Shown here piece after piece: positions 21,628 through 35,328 of a stretch of 64,000 nt of DNA. The position numbers were made by a program, and so were the translations under genes. This stretch comes from Mustelus asterias. Its lineage: Eukaryota. A model generated the notes under the pieces. It was not told the DNA's origin. It made no database searches and saw only the letters and a program-made list of their open reading frames with translations. Where the stretch lies: the NCBI RefSeq assembly GCF_964213995.1, contig NC_135803.1, forward strand, positions 35,774,001 through 35,838,000, written 5' to 3'. The stretch's first letter is position 1. Each line of letters opens with the position of its first letter.

Positions 21628-22310
21628 CTTTTGCTACCAAATAAACCTGTTGGACTTTAACCTGGTGTTGTTAAACTTCTTACTGTGTTTACCCCAGTCC
21701 AACGCCGGCATCTCCACATCATTCCTGAACTGCTACAGCCCATATGGTGTTGTAGGTACACCCACAGTATTGTTAGGAAGGGAGTTCCAAGATGTTGACC
21801 CAGAGACGGTGAAAGAATGGCGATACAGTTCTAAAAACTAGTATTGTGCTCTTGGTGATCATTAGTAGATGGATTCTGCACTTCCTTATTGGTGGCTTTG
21901 GAGATAGTTGGGGGCTTGTAAAATGCAGCAGCTAGCTTTCCCACCACATTCCTGTAAACCCCTGACTGGTATAAGATTTTATAAGGGGCAGTGAAGATAT
22001 TAGCTGCCCACACACTCTTGAGACTATTGAAGCCCATAATGGCCTTGCTGCTGTTTTGCCCATGGCAGAAGGAGGTTCATGCCAAGTGGGTAGCATGGCA
22101 GCTTTAGCTGGTGTCAAGCAAATTGGGGGGACATTCTTTGCAGGCTCCTTGTACTTAGCAGAGGCAGCACTTAATTTGCCTGAGGGTGACTGCAAGGCGG
22201 CCATTCTTTCCCTGGGTGGGATTCACCAACTTTGTAGCTCCTCCTAACATCCAGCCTGATATTAATTATATTTTATCTGGATAGAAAGTAACTCAGTATA
22301 TGTGAGTAAT

Positions 22311-22567
22311 ATCATAGAATCCCTCCTGTGCAGAAGGAGGCCATTCAGCCTATCGAGTCTGCACAGGCCACAACCCGGGCCCTATACCCATAATCCCGCA
22401 CATCTTTGGACTGTGGGAGAAAACTGGAGCACCCGGAGGAAACCCATGCAGACACGGGGGGGAGAATGTGCAAACTCCACACAGACAGTGACCCCCAGGC
22501 CGGAATTGAACCCGGGTCCCTGGCGCTATGAGGCAGCAGTGCTAATCACTGTGCCACCGTGCCGCCC
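22311..22567 (-). mobile_element. HE1-type SINE
   Basis: tRNA head, V domain and CR1-like tail. Confidence 0.88.
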
Positions 22568-23493
22568 GTATCCCTATGCCTTGTTACTTGGCTTTTGGTT
22601 AGCCAAGTTGAACAACACTTCACCCAATATTGTGCTACAGTCCTGGTGGTAAAATGTTAATTCACTTAGTTTATTTAAGAAGATTCAAAGCAAACTAAAT
22701 GAGGGAAATAGGCCTGGATCATTTGTGGATTGGTGATCATCGTCAGATTGCAACTGTGTTTGAGCTCAACACTGCTATGCATCTCTTGCTAGGTCAGCCA
22801 AACCCAGCTTTTCCAGAAAGGCAGAGCGCGGCATCCCTTGAAGGACACCATCACAGTGCTGTAGAGTCCAGCGGGTAGACAGGACATGCCCTCTTTCATG
22901 GCACTGTTTTAACGGTCCAGTGTGAATGTTAGTAAATAGGTAATGGACAAATGTAGTAGGATGTGTAGGGTTGCAGGGGGTCAGTGGCAGGTGGGTCGAC
23001 GGGTAACTGGGTCAGGTCGGGTTGGGTGAAATAGCTGGCAGGAGGAGTAGTTGGATTGGGGGTGAGGGGGTGGATTGTCTGACTGCCGTTAGTTAGCCAG
23101 GAGTTACAAGCTAACATTTCCTGGGTAAGTCTTCAGGTACCACAGATCTGTCCAAAGTGTCCGATTCTGACAGAAGTCGCCAACTTTAGTTCAGAGTCAG
23201 AAACTTTCACAGAGAGTGTGTCATAAGTGCCTGGGAATTGCCCATTACAAGTTCAAACTTCTCAGGCAATTTCTACTGTGGTCAGCATGTCAGGACTTCC
23301 ACACGGTGCTGATACTCATCTTGGGCTGTATGTCTGGCCTCTTATGGAGACCAGAAGATCTGTGCCTACATATTGAATCATTGACACAAGTGCAGACCCA
23401 ATTCAATTTTTCCTTCATTTTGATCATAGGATCAGATGAAACTTCCAGTTATTACACAATGAAATTCTAATATCCACCTTTCATACAGCAAAG

Positions 23494-23757
23494 AACATAA
23501 GAACGAGGAGCAGGAGTAGGCCATCTGCCCCTCGAGCCTGCTCCGCCCATTCAAAAAGATCATGGCTGATCTTTTCGTGGACTCAGCCCCACTTACCCGC
23601 CCGCTCACCATAACCCTTAATTCCTTTACTGTTCAAAAATGTATCTATCCTTGCCTTAAAAACATTCAATGAGGTAGCCTCAACTGCTTCACTGAGCAGG
23701 GAATTCCACAGATTCACAACCCTTTGTGTGAAGAAGTTCCTCCTCAACTCAGTCCTA
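23494..23757 (-). mobile_element. CR1 3' fragment
   Basis: RTELRRNFFTQRVVNLWNSL and the CR1 3' tail; closely similar to the reverse complement of 3418-3675. Confidence 0.9.
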
Positions 23758-23998
23758 ACATGACAGATCAAAGAAAATGATCCTAATCCTGTTTTGTGTA
23801 TATATTTTCATTTTCTCACAAAAGCTCACTTTAAAATATCTGTACCTAATGTTTACTAATCATAAGAATATGTGAAATTGAACTTTAGATTAATTTTCAC
23901 ATGAAATTAAATGTTTTTCTGATTAGGTATATAGCTTACAGTTTGAGATGTCAATAATGGTCCAAAAGTAACTTTTTTCTTGCTGTTTTGTTAAACAG

Positions 23999-24085
23999 AA
24001 GAGCCTAAATAAAACTGCAGGGGAAGACCAATATTCTGACGCCAGGAAGGAAGTACTGACCCACATGTGCTCTCGACCAATGCAA
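23999..24085 (+). CDS. DIS3L2: DIS3L2 exon ([29 protein letters not shown])
   Basis: ttaaacag|AAG ... CAA|gtaag; 87 bp, phase 0-0. Matches recalled human [29 protein letters not shown]. Not in the ORF track. Confidence 0.95.
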
Positions 24086-25564
24086 GTAAGAGAGATTTAA
24101 ATTTTATAAAGATTTCTTGTTTAGGCAAGAATAGCATATTAGTCTGCTAACAAAAACATAGATGATTCTCGACTTCAAGAAACATATGTGAACTCTGTTG
24201 CAACTGTAAATGCATGTAATGATAAGTACATTGTTACTTGGGGTTGAACTTTGTATTCTTAACTTTACCCATATTTTCATATGCCCATCCAACTTGAGAA
24301 ATAACGTACTTTGTTCAAATGTAAGTTGATTGTATGAACAGAATGTTTGGTGAAAATTCTTTGTGTTGTACTGTGAAGCCTTGATCACAAAGGGTTGGGG
24401 TTTCACTTGGTCTTCTGAACCATTGTTAAGTTCTGTACAAGGTATTGCATTCCTAATTCTGATTGGAAGGGTTCACAAGAAAGGAATTTGCCCCAAAATG
24501 TACATAAATGTTTACTTCACTGCAGTTCACAATTAAATACTTATGCACTTATGACACATTGTAACACAGATGTAGAAAATGTGTTTGTAGCAAGGCTACA
24601 ACCCGGGCCCTATTGCCATAATCATACTCGGTTTACTACTGAAAGATGCTAATGCTTATCCACAGAACATATTAGTTTGCCAAAAAGATGCTGTCGTTCA
24701 TGGTTTGATGTCAAAATAACAGAGCATAAGAAGATGTCAGCTCGTTACCTTTCAGACTTAAATTTGATTGTCACAATTTAAATTGTCTCATTTAGTTGTG
24801 GAACTGTCAATATATCAGTGGCTATCTGCAGCCATGCTGGCAAGTTTGAAAAACTGATGAAATTGGACAAAAGCCAGACCCAAATTCTTGTTTCCCAATT
24901 TTGTAAATTCATCTGTTAGATCTATTTTTTTCAGTCTGTATCAATCATCTAGTAAGAAAGTAAAATCAAAATAAAATATATTTTTCAGAGCACAGAGGTT
25001 TTTCATGAACATTTTGATGTTCACATATTCTCCATTAAATGTTGCAGAAGCCATGGGACACAATTATATAATGTGGATATTCAGTCAGATCTATGATAGA
25101 GAACCATGGTGAAGCCAGCAGGACATTGTTCATTACAAACAACATTTTCAAAAATATATGACAGCTCATTTTTCATAAAACCATTCATTCAGCTTTTAGG
25201 CTGTTGTCTCACATTTGGCACTTGACTATAATTTTTCAGTGGTGCTGCTTCCATTGTTTTAATTAAGTGAAACATCCCTAGTGCTTTAAAAGTATTAAAA
25301 AATAATTTAAGATGGGGCTTATATGATATGATTTTTTAAGATAAGGATATTTTGAATCATGAAATTATGTGCCAGAACATTGTTGGGGTGTAAACTCCCT
25401 AGATATTTATTTCCTCTATATCTCTAGTGCTAACTGAATGGTTTTTAATGTTAAGTTAGTTTCTTTTCTTGCTTGATTTTATAAATGTATTAGTTCTATA
25501 TGCTTACTTGAGACCTATTTATTGATTAGGTTTATTTATTTATACACAGTTGGCAGTTCTTTTT

Positions 25565-25765
25565 TAAGAACATAAGAAATAGGAGCAGGAGTAGGCCATC
25601 TAGCCCCTCGAGCCTGCCCCGCCATTCAATAAGATCATGGCTGATCTGAAGTGGATCAGTTCCACTTACCCACCTGATCCCTATAACCCCTAATTCCCTT
25701 ACCGATCAGGAATCCATCTATCCGTGATTTAAACATATTCAACGAGGTAGCCTCCATCACTTCAG
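25565..25765 (-). mobile_element. CR1 3' fragment
   Basis: Near-identical reverse complement of 11791-11948. Confidence 0.9.
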
Positions 25766-25871
25766 TTTACCCTTGTTTCTTATGTATTATCAAGTTAATT
25801 AGCTTCATAATCAAGTTTTTATTAAAATTAGAGTGCAGATAACACACTGAACACATACGTGTCACAAGTAC

Positions 25872-27308
25872 AACATAGAACAGTACAGCACAGAACAGGC
25901 CCTTCGGCCCACAATGTTGTGCCGAGCTTTGTCTGAAACCCAGATCAAGCTATTTCCTCCCTATCATCCCGAAGTACTCCATGTGCCTATCCAATAGCTT
26001 CTTAAATGTTCCTAAAGTTTCTGACTCCACTATCCCTGCAGGCAGTCCATTCCACACCCCAACCACTCTCTGCGTAAAGAACCTACCTCGGACATCCTTC
26101 CTATATCTCCCACGATGAACCCTATAGTTATGCCCCCTAGTTACCGCTCCATTCACCCGAGGAAATAGTCTTTGAACGTTCACTCTATCTATCCCCCTCA
26201 TCATCTTATAAACCTCTATCAAGTCTCCTCTCAACCTCCTCCGCTCCAAAGAGAAAAGCCCAAGTTCCCTCAACCTTTCCTCATAAGACCTACCCTCCAA
26301 ACCAGGCAGCATCCTGGTAAATCTCCTTTGCACTCTTTCCAGTGTCTCCACATCTTGTAGTGAGGTGACCAGAACTGCACACAATATTCCAAATGTGGTC
26401 TCACCAAGGTCCTGTACTGTTGCAGCATAACCCCACGGCTCTTAAACTCAAACCCCCTGTTAATGAACGCCAACACACTATAGGCCTTCTTCACGGCTCT
26501 ATCCACTTGAGTGGCAACCTTCAGAGATCTATGGATATGAACCCCAAGATCTCTCTGTTCCTCCACATTCTTCAGAACCCTACCTTTGACCCTGTAATCC
26601 ACATTTAAATTTGTCCTACCAAAATGAATCACCTCGCATTTGTCAGGGTTAAACTCCATTTGCCATTTTTCAGCCCAGCTCTGCATCCTATCTATATCTC
26701 TTTGCAGCCTACAACAGCCCTCCACCTCATCCACTACTCCACCAATCTTGGTGTCATCAGCAAAGTTACTGATCCACCCTTCAGCCCCCTCCTCCAAGTC
26801 ATTTATAAAAATTACAAATAGCCGAGGACCAAGCACTGATCCCTGTGGCACTCCGCTGGTAACCAGTTTCCAGTCCGAAAATTTTCCATCCACCACCACC
26901 CTCTGTCTTCTGTTAGATAGCCAGTTACCTATCCAATCAGCCAAACTTCCCTCTATCCCACACATCCTTACTTTCTTCATAAGCCGACCGTGGGGGACTT
27001 TATCAAACGCCTTACTAAAATCCATGTATATGACATCAACTGCACTACCTTCATCTACACACTTAGTTATCTCCTCAAAAAATTCTATCAAATTTGTGAG
27101 GCAAGACTTGCCCTTCACAAATCCGTGCTGACCATCCCGGATTAAGCTGCATCTTTCTAAATGGTCGTAAATCCTATCCCTAAGGACCTTTTCCATCAAC
27201 TTACCGACCACCGAAGTAAGACTAACCGACCTATAATTACCAGGGTCATTTCTATTCCCTTTCTTAAACAGAGGAACCACATTCGCCACTCTCCAGTCCT
27301 CTGGCACC
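25872..27308 (-). mobile_element. CR1 LINE (RT domain to 3' end), inserted into a SINE tail
   Basis: ORF 26270-27307 has [35 protein letters not shown] and FADDTK; frameshifted continuation at 25950-26384. Confidence 0.93.
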
Positions 27309-27609
27309 AGTAGGCTTACATTAGGCTAATGTAAGTAGGCTTACATTAACCCTGCAATGGCATTACTGTGAAAATCCCCTAGTCGCTGCACTTGGGCGCC
27401 TCTCCAGGTATACTGAGGGAGAATTTAACATGGCCAATGCACCTAACCAGCACATCTTTTGGACTGTGGGACAAAGCCAGAGCACCCAGAGGAAACCCAC
27501 GCAGACACAGGGAGAATGTGCAGACTCCATACAGACAGTGACCCAAGCTGGGAATCGAATCCGGGTCATTGGCGCTGTGAGGCAGCAGTGCTAACCTCTG
27601 TGTTGCCCT
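27309..27609 (-). mobile_element. HE1-type SINE (second tail type)
   Basis: tRNA head and V domain; tail interrupted by the CR1 at 25872-27308. Confidence 0.88.
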
Positions 27610-30600
27610 AAATTCCTCTGGCTGCACTTCTCATTCTCTCCTTTGATTATTATGTATTTTTTAGATGTAAAGTACTTTGGATGATTTTGCCTTTCATTTA
27701 TTTGACTTCTCCGTGCCTCTCTTTTATAACAGTTTCTCCCACTGTTTGTACTGACTTGTTCAGAGATGCTGTTTTAGATGAGGGTCAAAACACATGGCCA
27801 TAGCCAAAAGTATAAAGGCTTTGTTTTCTTGAACTTCCTAGACTATTGATCAGATCTCAGCCTTCCTTTTCTTGTGTTATTGCATACATGCATTTCCCTC
27901 TGTCAGGATGACTTGAAGTATCTCAACAGAGACATTTTAACTGAATGTTGTTGGAATTTCAAAAGGTAGGAAAAGTTTTAACCTTCCTCCAAAATCCAGA
28001 AAGTGGTAAGATTGCAGAACTTGCAAGCACAGTGGTTGGGTGAGTTGAATAGTAAAGATGCATTTGAGCAGAACCTAAAGAAAATGAGGGAGAAGTACAT
28101 AGAAGGTTACAATGGTAGACTTAGATGAAAAAGGATTGGAGGAGACTCAAGTGGAGCATAAACACGAACATTGGGCCAAATGACCTGTTTCTGTGCTGTA
28201 TATCCTATGTAATACTTCAGCATTTTCTATCACGAGTGTAATGAATATAATGATTTACACATTCACTGTGCTTTTTGAAAGTAATTGTATCAACCTATAT
28301 TTATTGTTTTAAAATGCAGTAGTAATTCCAATTGTCATATTCCCTGCAACTGGCAATTGCAGGACGATGTGCTACCGACATTATGGATACCTTGTTTTGT
28401 TCTTCCAGAAGTTCCCAGATTGGAATATGTTCCATTGTTTGACTTGTCTGTACAGATACAAACTAGTGTAGCGTGTAATGATTCAGGTACCCTAAGGGCT
28501 CCAGGTCCATTGTTGTAAAGTTAGATAGGCTTTTCCCAGGTAGAGAAAGAAAACATTTTTACATTTGTGTTTGGACAAGTAGAGCAATTGGATTGTTGTC
28601 ACCCTCAGAGCTGAAGAGGTGAATCATGATGAGCAGATATTATGGAAATATTTTGAGGGTATCTGTGAGAGGCGAATGTAAATTTAAATCATTTCAGTCA
28701 TCGATGCGAGAAACTCAAAGCTAAATTAAAATCAAAAGAGAAAATGCTGGAAATTCCAGCACCTTCTCTTTGGGTTTCAGATTCCAGCATCTGCAGTAAT
28801 TTGTTTTTATCAAAGCTAAATTATTTGATTTAATTCTGAAACACGCCATTCTTGGTCTTCCCTGCATCTCAATTTTTCCTCATTCTTTGAGTACAATTTC
28901 ACTAGTGTGATGTCATGGAAATACTTTCCATGTCAAATAGTTATCATTTCAAGTACATCTTTTTTTTCTAATGAATCAGTGGTCTATTTGAAAAAGTTTA
29001 AGCATTCTAAATTTTATTTCTCTACTTAAACCTTTTAATTACTGCAACAGCACAAAAGGAAAATATTGCAGATGATGGAAAGCTGTTTTTCCTATTGGAA
29101 AAACTAAGCAGATCAGGCAACATCTGTGGAGAGAGAAACCTTCTGATGAAAATTATTGAGCTGAAATATAAACTCTGTTTCACCCTTTAATGACTATCAT
29201 ATTTATTATCAATAAGTGGAGTCAAAAACACATTCCCTCATTATATGATAGCATGTTAAAAATAGTAACAGGCTTGTTCTTGCATGTTATATAAATTTTA
29301 GCAAATTTGTCATCGGGACATCAGGACCTTCCTGATGAATCCCCTGGCAGACCCCTGAAATGCACACACCCCCTGCGACCCCGTGACCCACCCCTGCACA
29401 ACGCCCCCCCGCACCCTTGCAGAGCTCCCCCCTTGTGTAGTCCCCTCCCCGCATATACCCCCATCATTGTGCATAGCCCCACCCCCTTGGCACTGTCCCT
29501 GGCACCTAACTGGGCACTGCCAAGGTGCCAAGTGGACACTGCCATGCTGGCACTGCCCAATGCTGTGACCATGGGGCCTGGTCCCCACTACTGCTGAGCA
29601 GTAGTGAATCTTACTGGTGTGACGGTGAGGGGGGAAGCATCCAGGCGGGCGGAGGAAACTGCCGAATCCGATATGTAGATGTTGATGTCGTCAATTCTGT
29701 GTTAATAGGCTTGGCACCCTTTCTCACACTGATTGACCAGTATGGTGAGCCGTTAAGATTGCGCCCACTGTCTCTCCTCTCTTTCTCACACACACATGCA
29801 CTCACTAGCAGCTGTTCACTCTACGACCCAACCCCCCTGGCCCTACAGGATCTCTCTCCCACTGAGCCATGCTGTCTCTTCTCCCTCAACCCCAGACCTC
29901 TTCCCCCATGAATACCCGGCCACCACATCAAAATCCTCTCTTTTTCCTATGTACACTTAGCGGTGTTGATGTTCATTCTTTCTCCAATCACACTCGGGAG
30001 AGGCTTGGCCTGTGATTTAAGGAGCAATTCCTTTCAGAATTGTCCATTCCACTTACCAGCATTTTGAAAACTGGCTCTGGCCAGTTCATGGGTTAGGTAA
30101 GCCTGATCAAGTGCTTCAAATTTATATTACACATCTAATAATGTGTCTAGTAATGTAAAACATATTTATTAAAAATGTGGGGTTTATAATTTTGCTATGT
30201 TCTGGAAATAGGTCTTTAATATAGGATAAAATATAGGGTGGGGGAGTCATGTGACCTGCTCTGAAGTCTGTCTAACAACTTGCCTGGTTGACTAGGCTGT
30301 GGGGCCTATGAGGGAAGAGGGGGAGATTAAATGTAGCCCCAGATTGTTTTGCTGGATAAAAGGTTCAAGCTGTTCATGCTTACTTCTAGTCTAAGTCCCA
30401 GAGAAGTAGTGAGAATATCAGGTTGTAAACAGTTATGGTTTAAACTTTCCATTTTCTTCCAAGATGAAACAAAGCTGGGATCTAAAGAATAGCAAATTAT
30501 CATTTAACCTGGATACCAGGCCCATGTGATTCTTGTTAGCATGGAGAAGGTCTTGGGAGAGGAGAAGGGTTTTGAATATATCCCTGAAAACCCGTAGACA

Positions 30601-32945
30601 AGGCAGTCTGTCAGGAACTGGGTGGGAGCAGCTAGTGGCCAAAGGTCTGCAAGGTTCACCATGCATGAATAAGAGTGGGAGCTCACTCTCAGAGTGAAAA
30701 AAACAAATTAGTGAGGGTTTCAAACGGAGTGGGAAGATTCACCTAGCTTCTGTCAGAGGCAGAATTGCTAGTGTAGGGAGTCGTGAGAGTCCCTTTCAGA
30801 CTTTCACGCAGGTTCAAAGCTGTACTCTGGAAGTAACAGGAATGAATGACTATGACAAGTATCGTGTTGAAACAACAATTTTATTGAATAATGATTTTAA
30901 CAATATGACTATTATACTTGATAATATATGTGTGAAAATAATATATAATAAAGATAATTAATATAAAAAGGAAGATAACTTTATTGAAAGGAGAAAGCAC
31001 TTGTATATATCTGAAGAAAAGGTAACCGATGTTTGCTTAAACACAAAGGGAGTGGGATACTGAGAGTGCATGATCAGCCATGATCATAGTGAATGGTGGT
31101 ATGGGCTCGAAAGGCCAAACGGCCTATTCCTGCACCTATTTTCTATGTTTCAAACAGTGACCTTTAATTTGGTCTGTTCCACGACAGCTCCTCAAAATTG
31201 GCACACGTATGTACTTCAATGTACATACATTGAAGTTGCTGAGTAACTTCAATGTGTGGGTACTCTGGTCAGTCACTCCCTTTCTGGCCCTTCGTCCCAT
31301 CATCCATGGTTGACTATTCCACCCAGCTGCAGCCCCGTGTTTCCAAAGCAACGTCCCTTTAAACTGATTTTTTGGCTTCATTCCAGTAGCTGAAAGCCTG
31401 CTACACAGTCTTTCCAAACCAAATCTCAGCTTTTATCAGTGCTTCTCACAGGGACCACAAGGTTAAGCAGATGTTGTATTATTCAGGTTGTTTATATAGC
31501 TCTTGATGGTGTCTTCTCATCAGCTATCAATCAGGTGTTAGGTCCATCATCTCATGATGCTCCAGATAAGATAAGACCACACCAGATAAGATTACTTAGC
31601 ACCTTGGTCTCTAATCCAAGGGTCACTGAATGCTGTTGAACAGCACTTCTGAATGTATATAAAAAACCTATTTTTGTATTCTAACTCGAGAAAGTGAAAA
31701 ACATAATCTTAGCCTAAACAACAACTGTGCTGGTCAGTACAGAGAGGAAACAAGATCTAGAAAAACAGATCGCTACTGATTATTATTGATTAATTAATCA
31801 AAACACAATCATAGCTGGATTAAGATCAGTGTCTATGAAGTGAGAAAATACAAAATGACTTTAAGTATTAAGAAATCAAGGCAGAGCAGAAATAAAATAC
31901 AAAATTGCAAAATTTATTGGCTGCAGATCTCAATTAGAAAAACCTTCACTGTGAAAGTTGGTTCTTGAGTGAAATGTTACAGACTGGGAAAGTAAAGGAA
32001 TGGAACTAAACCCTTGAGAGCTAAGAATCATTTGGCTTGGGTCTGGGAAAATCAAATGACTACTTAAGAGACGGTGTAATGTACACTTGTGAAGTGGGTT
32101 TTTCAGCTGTGTCAAAAGTAGAGAGAAATGTTCTGTTCTGCAAATTGCCTACAATAATAGTGTGTCAGTCAATAGTGCTTTTAGTCTGTTAGTTTGTAAA
32201 AGTTTTATAAAGTAAAAACTTGCCCTGCCATTCTTTTGGCTATTAATTGGAATTCACAATTCTCTTTGTAAAGTTATTGGTCTTTACAGTGTTTGTAACA
32301 TACTTCAAAACATTGAGTCTTTTCATATTATTAGTCCTTTTAAATGCCTAACCTTTCATATATTAAGTTTAAAAATTTGTCCTGAATATAATTGAATGCA
32401 ATGCACATTAATAGATGCATTTTGACTGATTTATGCTGACTGGCAGGAAATGGATTGATGTTTGGAGATTTACATTCCCAAAGTACGCTGTGAATTTGAA
32501 GTTCCAACACTATGCAAAATCAATCCATTGGACTATTAATAAAATATAGAACTTGGCAAATCATTCATTACTAATTGTTTGTAGATTCTAAATCCACTGA
32601 CAACAAAAGACTAAAAATTGTTTTCAAAATGGTATGGCATATTCTATTTTTTTTCTTGACAGTTCTTTCTGCCCCTACCAAAACACCTCTAATCAAAGTC
32701 ACAAGTAACAAGTGATTGTGACAAGGTAACCTGTTTTGGTTTATTATCAGACTATTTATCCAACATCCAGTGCTAGTTGTGCAGACAGTTCATTGAATGA
32801 AACCTTGGAAAGACCAAATTGTCTTCAGTGCGTGCTACAAAATCTATTCCCCAGTTACCAACTCCATCCCTCTCCCTAGCAACTGATGCAGTCTAGATAG
32901 TTAGTAACCTTGGTGTCATATTTGCCCCGAGAAGTGAACTTCCAA

Positions 32946-33257
32946 TCATAGGATCATAGATTCCCGACAGTGCAGAAGGAGGCCATTTGGCCCATCGGGT
33001 CTGCACCGACCACAATCCCATCCAGGCCCTATTCCTGTAACCCCACGTATTTACCTTGACATTAGGGTCAATTTAGCATGGCCAATCAACCTAACCCGCA
33101 CATCTTTGGACTGTGGGAGGAAACCGGAGCACCCAGAGGAAACCCTCGCAGATACGGGGAGAATGTGCAATCTCCACACAGACAGTGACCTGAGGCCAGA
33201 ATTGAACCCGAGTCCCTGGCACTGTGGGGCAGCAGTGCTAACCACTGTGCCACCCCA
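32946..33257 (-). mobile_element. HE1-type SINE
   Basis: tRNA head, V domain and CR1-like tail. Confidence 0.88.
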
Positions 33258-33462
33258 TGTATTTGCACAATCCCCAAAACAACCTATTTCTACCTACGTG
33301 CCATCACCAGCACAATTCATCAGCTGCTGAGACATTCATCCATTGCCCAAGATACCATAAATCAGGAATTGGAAAGAAGGAAGGAACTCAGAAAAATTAC
33401 CGTTGCCTGCGAAGTGGTGCTTAACAAATTGTTGGAGCTGCGGGTTGACAAATCCCCAGGTC

Positions 33463-35055
33463 AACACCATTATTCCCACGAAACTCATCTCCAAACTCCA
33501 TGGCCTGGGCCTCGGCACCTCCCTCTGCGACTGGATCCTGAACTTCCTAACTCACAGACCACAATCAGTAAGGATAGGCAACAACACCTCCTCCATTATC
33601 ATCCTCAACACCAGTGCCCCACAAGGCTGTGTTTTCAGCCCCCTTCTATACTCCTTATACACCTATGACTGTGGCCAAATTCCCCTCCAATTCGATTTTC
33701 AAGTTTGCTGACGACACCACCGAGGTGGGTCGGATCTCAAACCATAATGAGAGAGTACAGGAATGAGGTAGAGAATTTGGTGAACTGGTGCAGCAACAAT
33801 AATCTCTCCCTCAATGTCCACAAAACGAAGGAGATTGTCATTGACTTCAGGAAACGTAAAGGAAAACATGCCCCTGTCTACATCAACGGGGACGAAGTAG
33901 AAAGGGGTTGAGAGCTTCAAGTTTTTAGGTGTCCAGATCACCAACAAACAACCTGTCCTGGTCCCCCCATGCCGACACTATGTTAAGAAAGCCCACCAAC
34001 GCCTCTACTTTCTCAGAAGACTAAGGAAATTTGGCATGTCAGCTACGACTCTCTTTTACAGATGCACCATAGAAAGTATTCTTTCTGATTGTATCACAGC
34101 TTGGTATGGTTTCTGCTCTGCCGAAGACCGCAAGGAACTACAAAAGGTCGTGAATGTAGCCCATCCATCACACAAATGAGCCTCCCATCCATTGATTCTA
34201 TCTACACTTCCCGCTGCCTTGGCAAAGCAGCCAGCATAATTAAGGACCCCTCGCACCCCGGACATTCTCTCTTCCACCTTCTTCTGTCGGGAAAAAGATA
34301 CAAAAGTCTGAGGTCACATACCAACCGACTCAAGAACAGCTTTTTCCCTGCTGTTGTCAGACTTTTGAATGGACTTACCTTGCATTAAGTTGAGCTTTCT
34401 CTACACCCTAGTTATGACTGTAACACTACATTCTGCACTCTCTCATTTCCTTCTCTATGAATGGTATGCTATGTCTGTATAGCGTACAAGAAACAATACT
34501 TTTCACTGTATGTTAATACATGTGACAATAATAAATCAAATCAAAATCTGCTGCCAGCATCAGGGGAATGGAATTTGGGGGTGTGGCGGGAGGGTTACAG
34601 GTGGAAAGAGTTGCACAAAAGCCCAAGCAGAGAGGATCAAATTCTTTGATGGATGCGAGATAATGCACGACAAATTGATGGGCATAGATTGGGGGTAAGG
34701 ACATGTAGATTATAAAGAAGCAGAGGTTTTTAAATTTAGAGTTCTTAAATTTAAGTGACTTTGGAACGGTTTGCCAATATAAGTCAGTTAAGACAATTTG
34801 TGGGGTGGTGGGGTAGTTTGGGTCACATACCAACCGACTCAAGAACAGCTGCTTCCCTGCTGCTGCTCAGACTTTTGAATGGACTTACCTTGCATTAAGT
34901 TGATCTTTCCCTACACCCTAGTTATGATTGTAACACTACATTCTGCACTCTCTCGTTTCCTTCTCTATAAACGGTATGCTTTGTATAGCGCGCAAGAAAC
35001 AATACTTTTCACTGTATGTTAATACATGTGACAATAATAATAAATCAAATCAAAT
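33463..35055 (+). mobile_element. Rex1/Babar-type LINE composite (RT fragment + tail + 275-bp foreign segment + second tail) inserted into CR1
   Basis: [12 protein letters not shown]...[20 protein letters not shown]; (TCAAA)n tails near 34545 and 35055; CAGGTC duplicated at 33457-33462 and 35056-35061, which restores the CR1 DKSPGPDG sequence. Confidence 0.85.
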
Positions 35056-35328
35056 CAGGTCCTGATGGACTTCATCCTAGGGTCTTAAAAGAAATGGCTA
35101 GTGAGATAGTTGATGTTGGCTTTAATTTTCCAATATTTCCTAGATTTGGGGAAGGTTCCATTTGATTGGAAAATATCAGCGTAATTCCTCTATTCAAAAA
35201 GGGAGGGAGACAGAGAGCAGGAAACTATAGGCCAGTTAGCTTAACATCTGTCACAGGAAAAATGTTAGAAACTATTATGGTAGGAAACATTAAAAAAATT
35301 TGAGGCACACAGAGTCAATGTGGTTTTG

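Larger units (their letters stand above)
17312..21721. mobile_element. Penelope-like retroelement (Neptune type), head-to-head inverted structure
   Basis: 12-bp TSD TTCCTGAACTGC at 17300-17311 and 21722-21733. A long minus-strand copy (17312-21091) is joined to a short plus-strand 3' copy (21095-21721). 17312-17900 is the reverse complement of 21095-21683. Confidence 0.95.
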
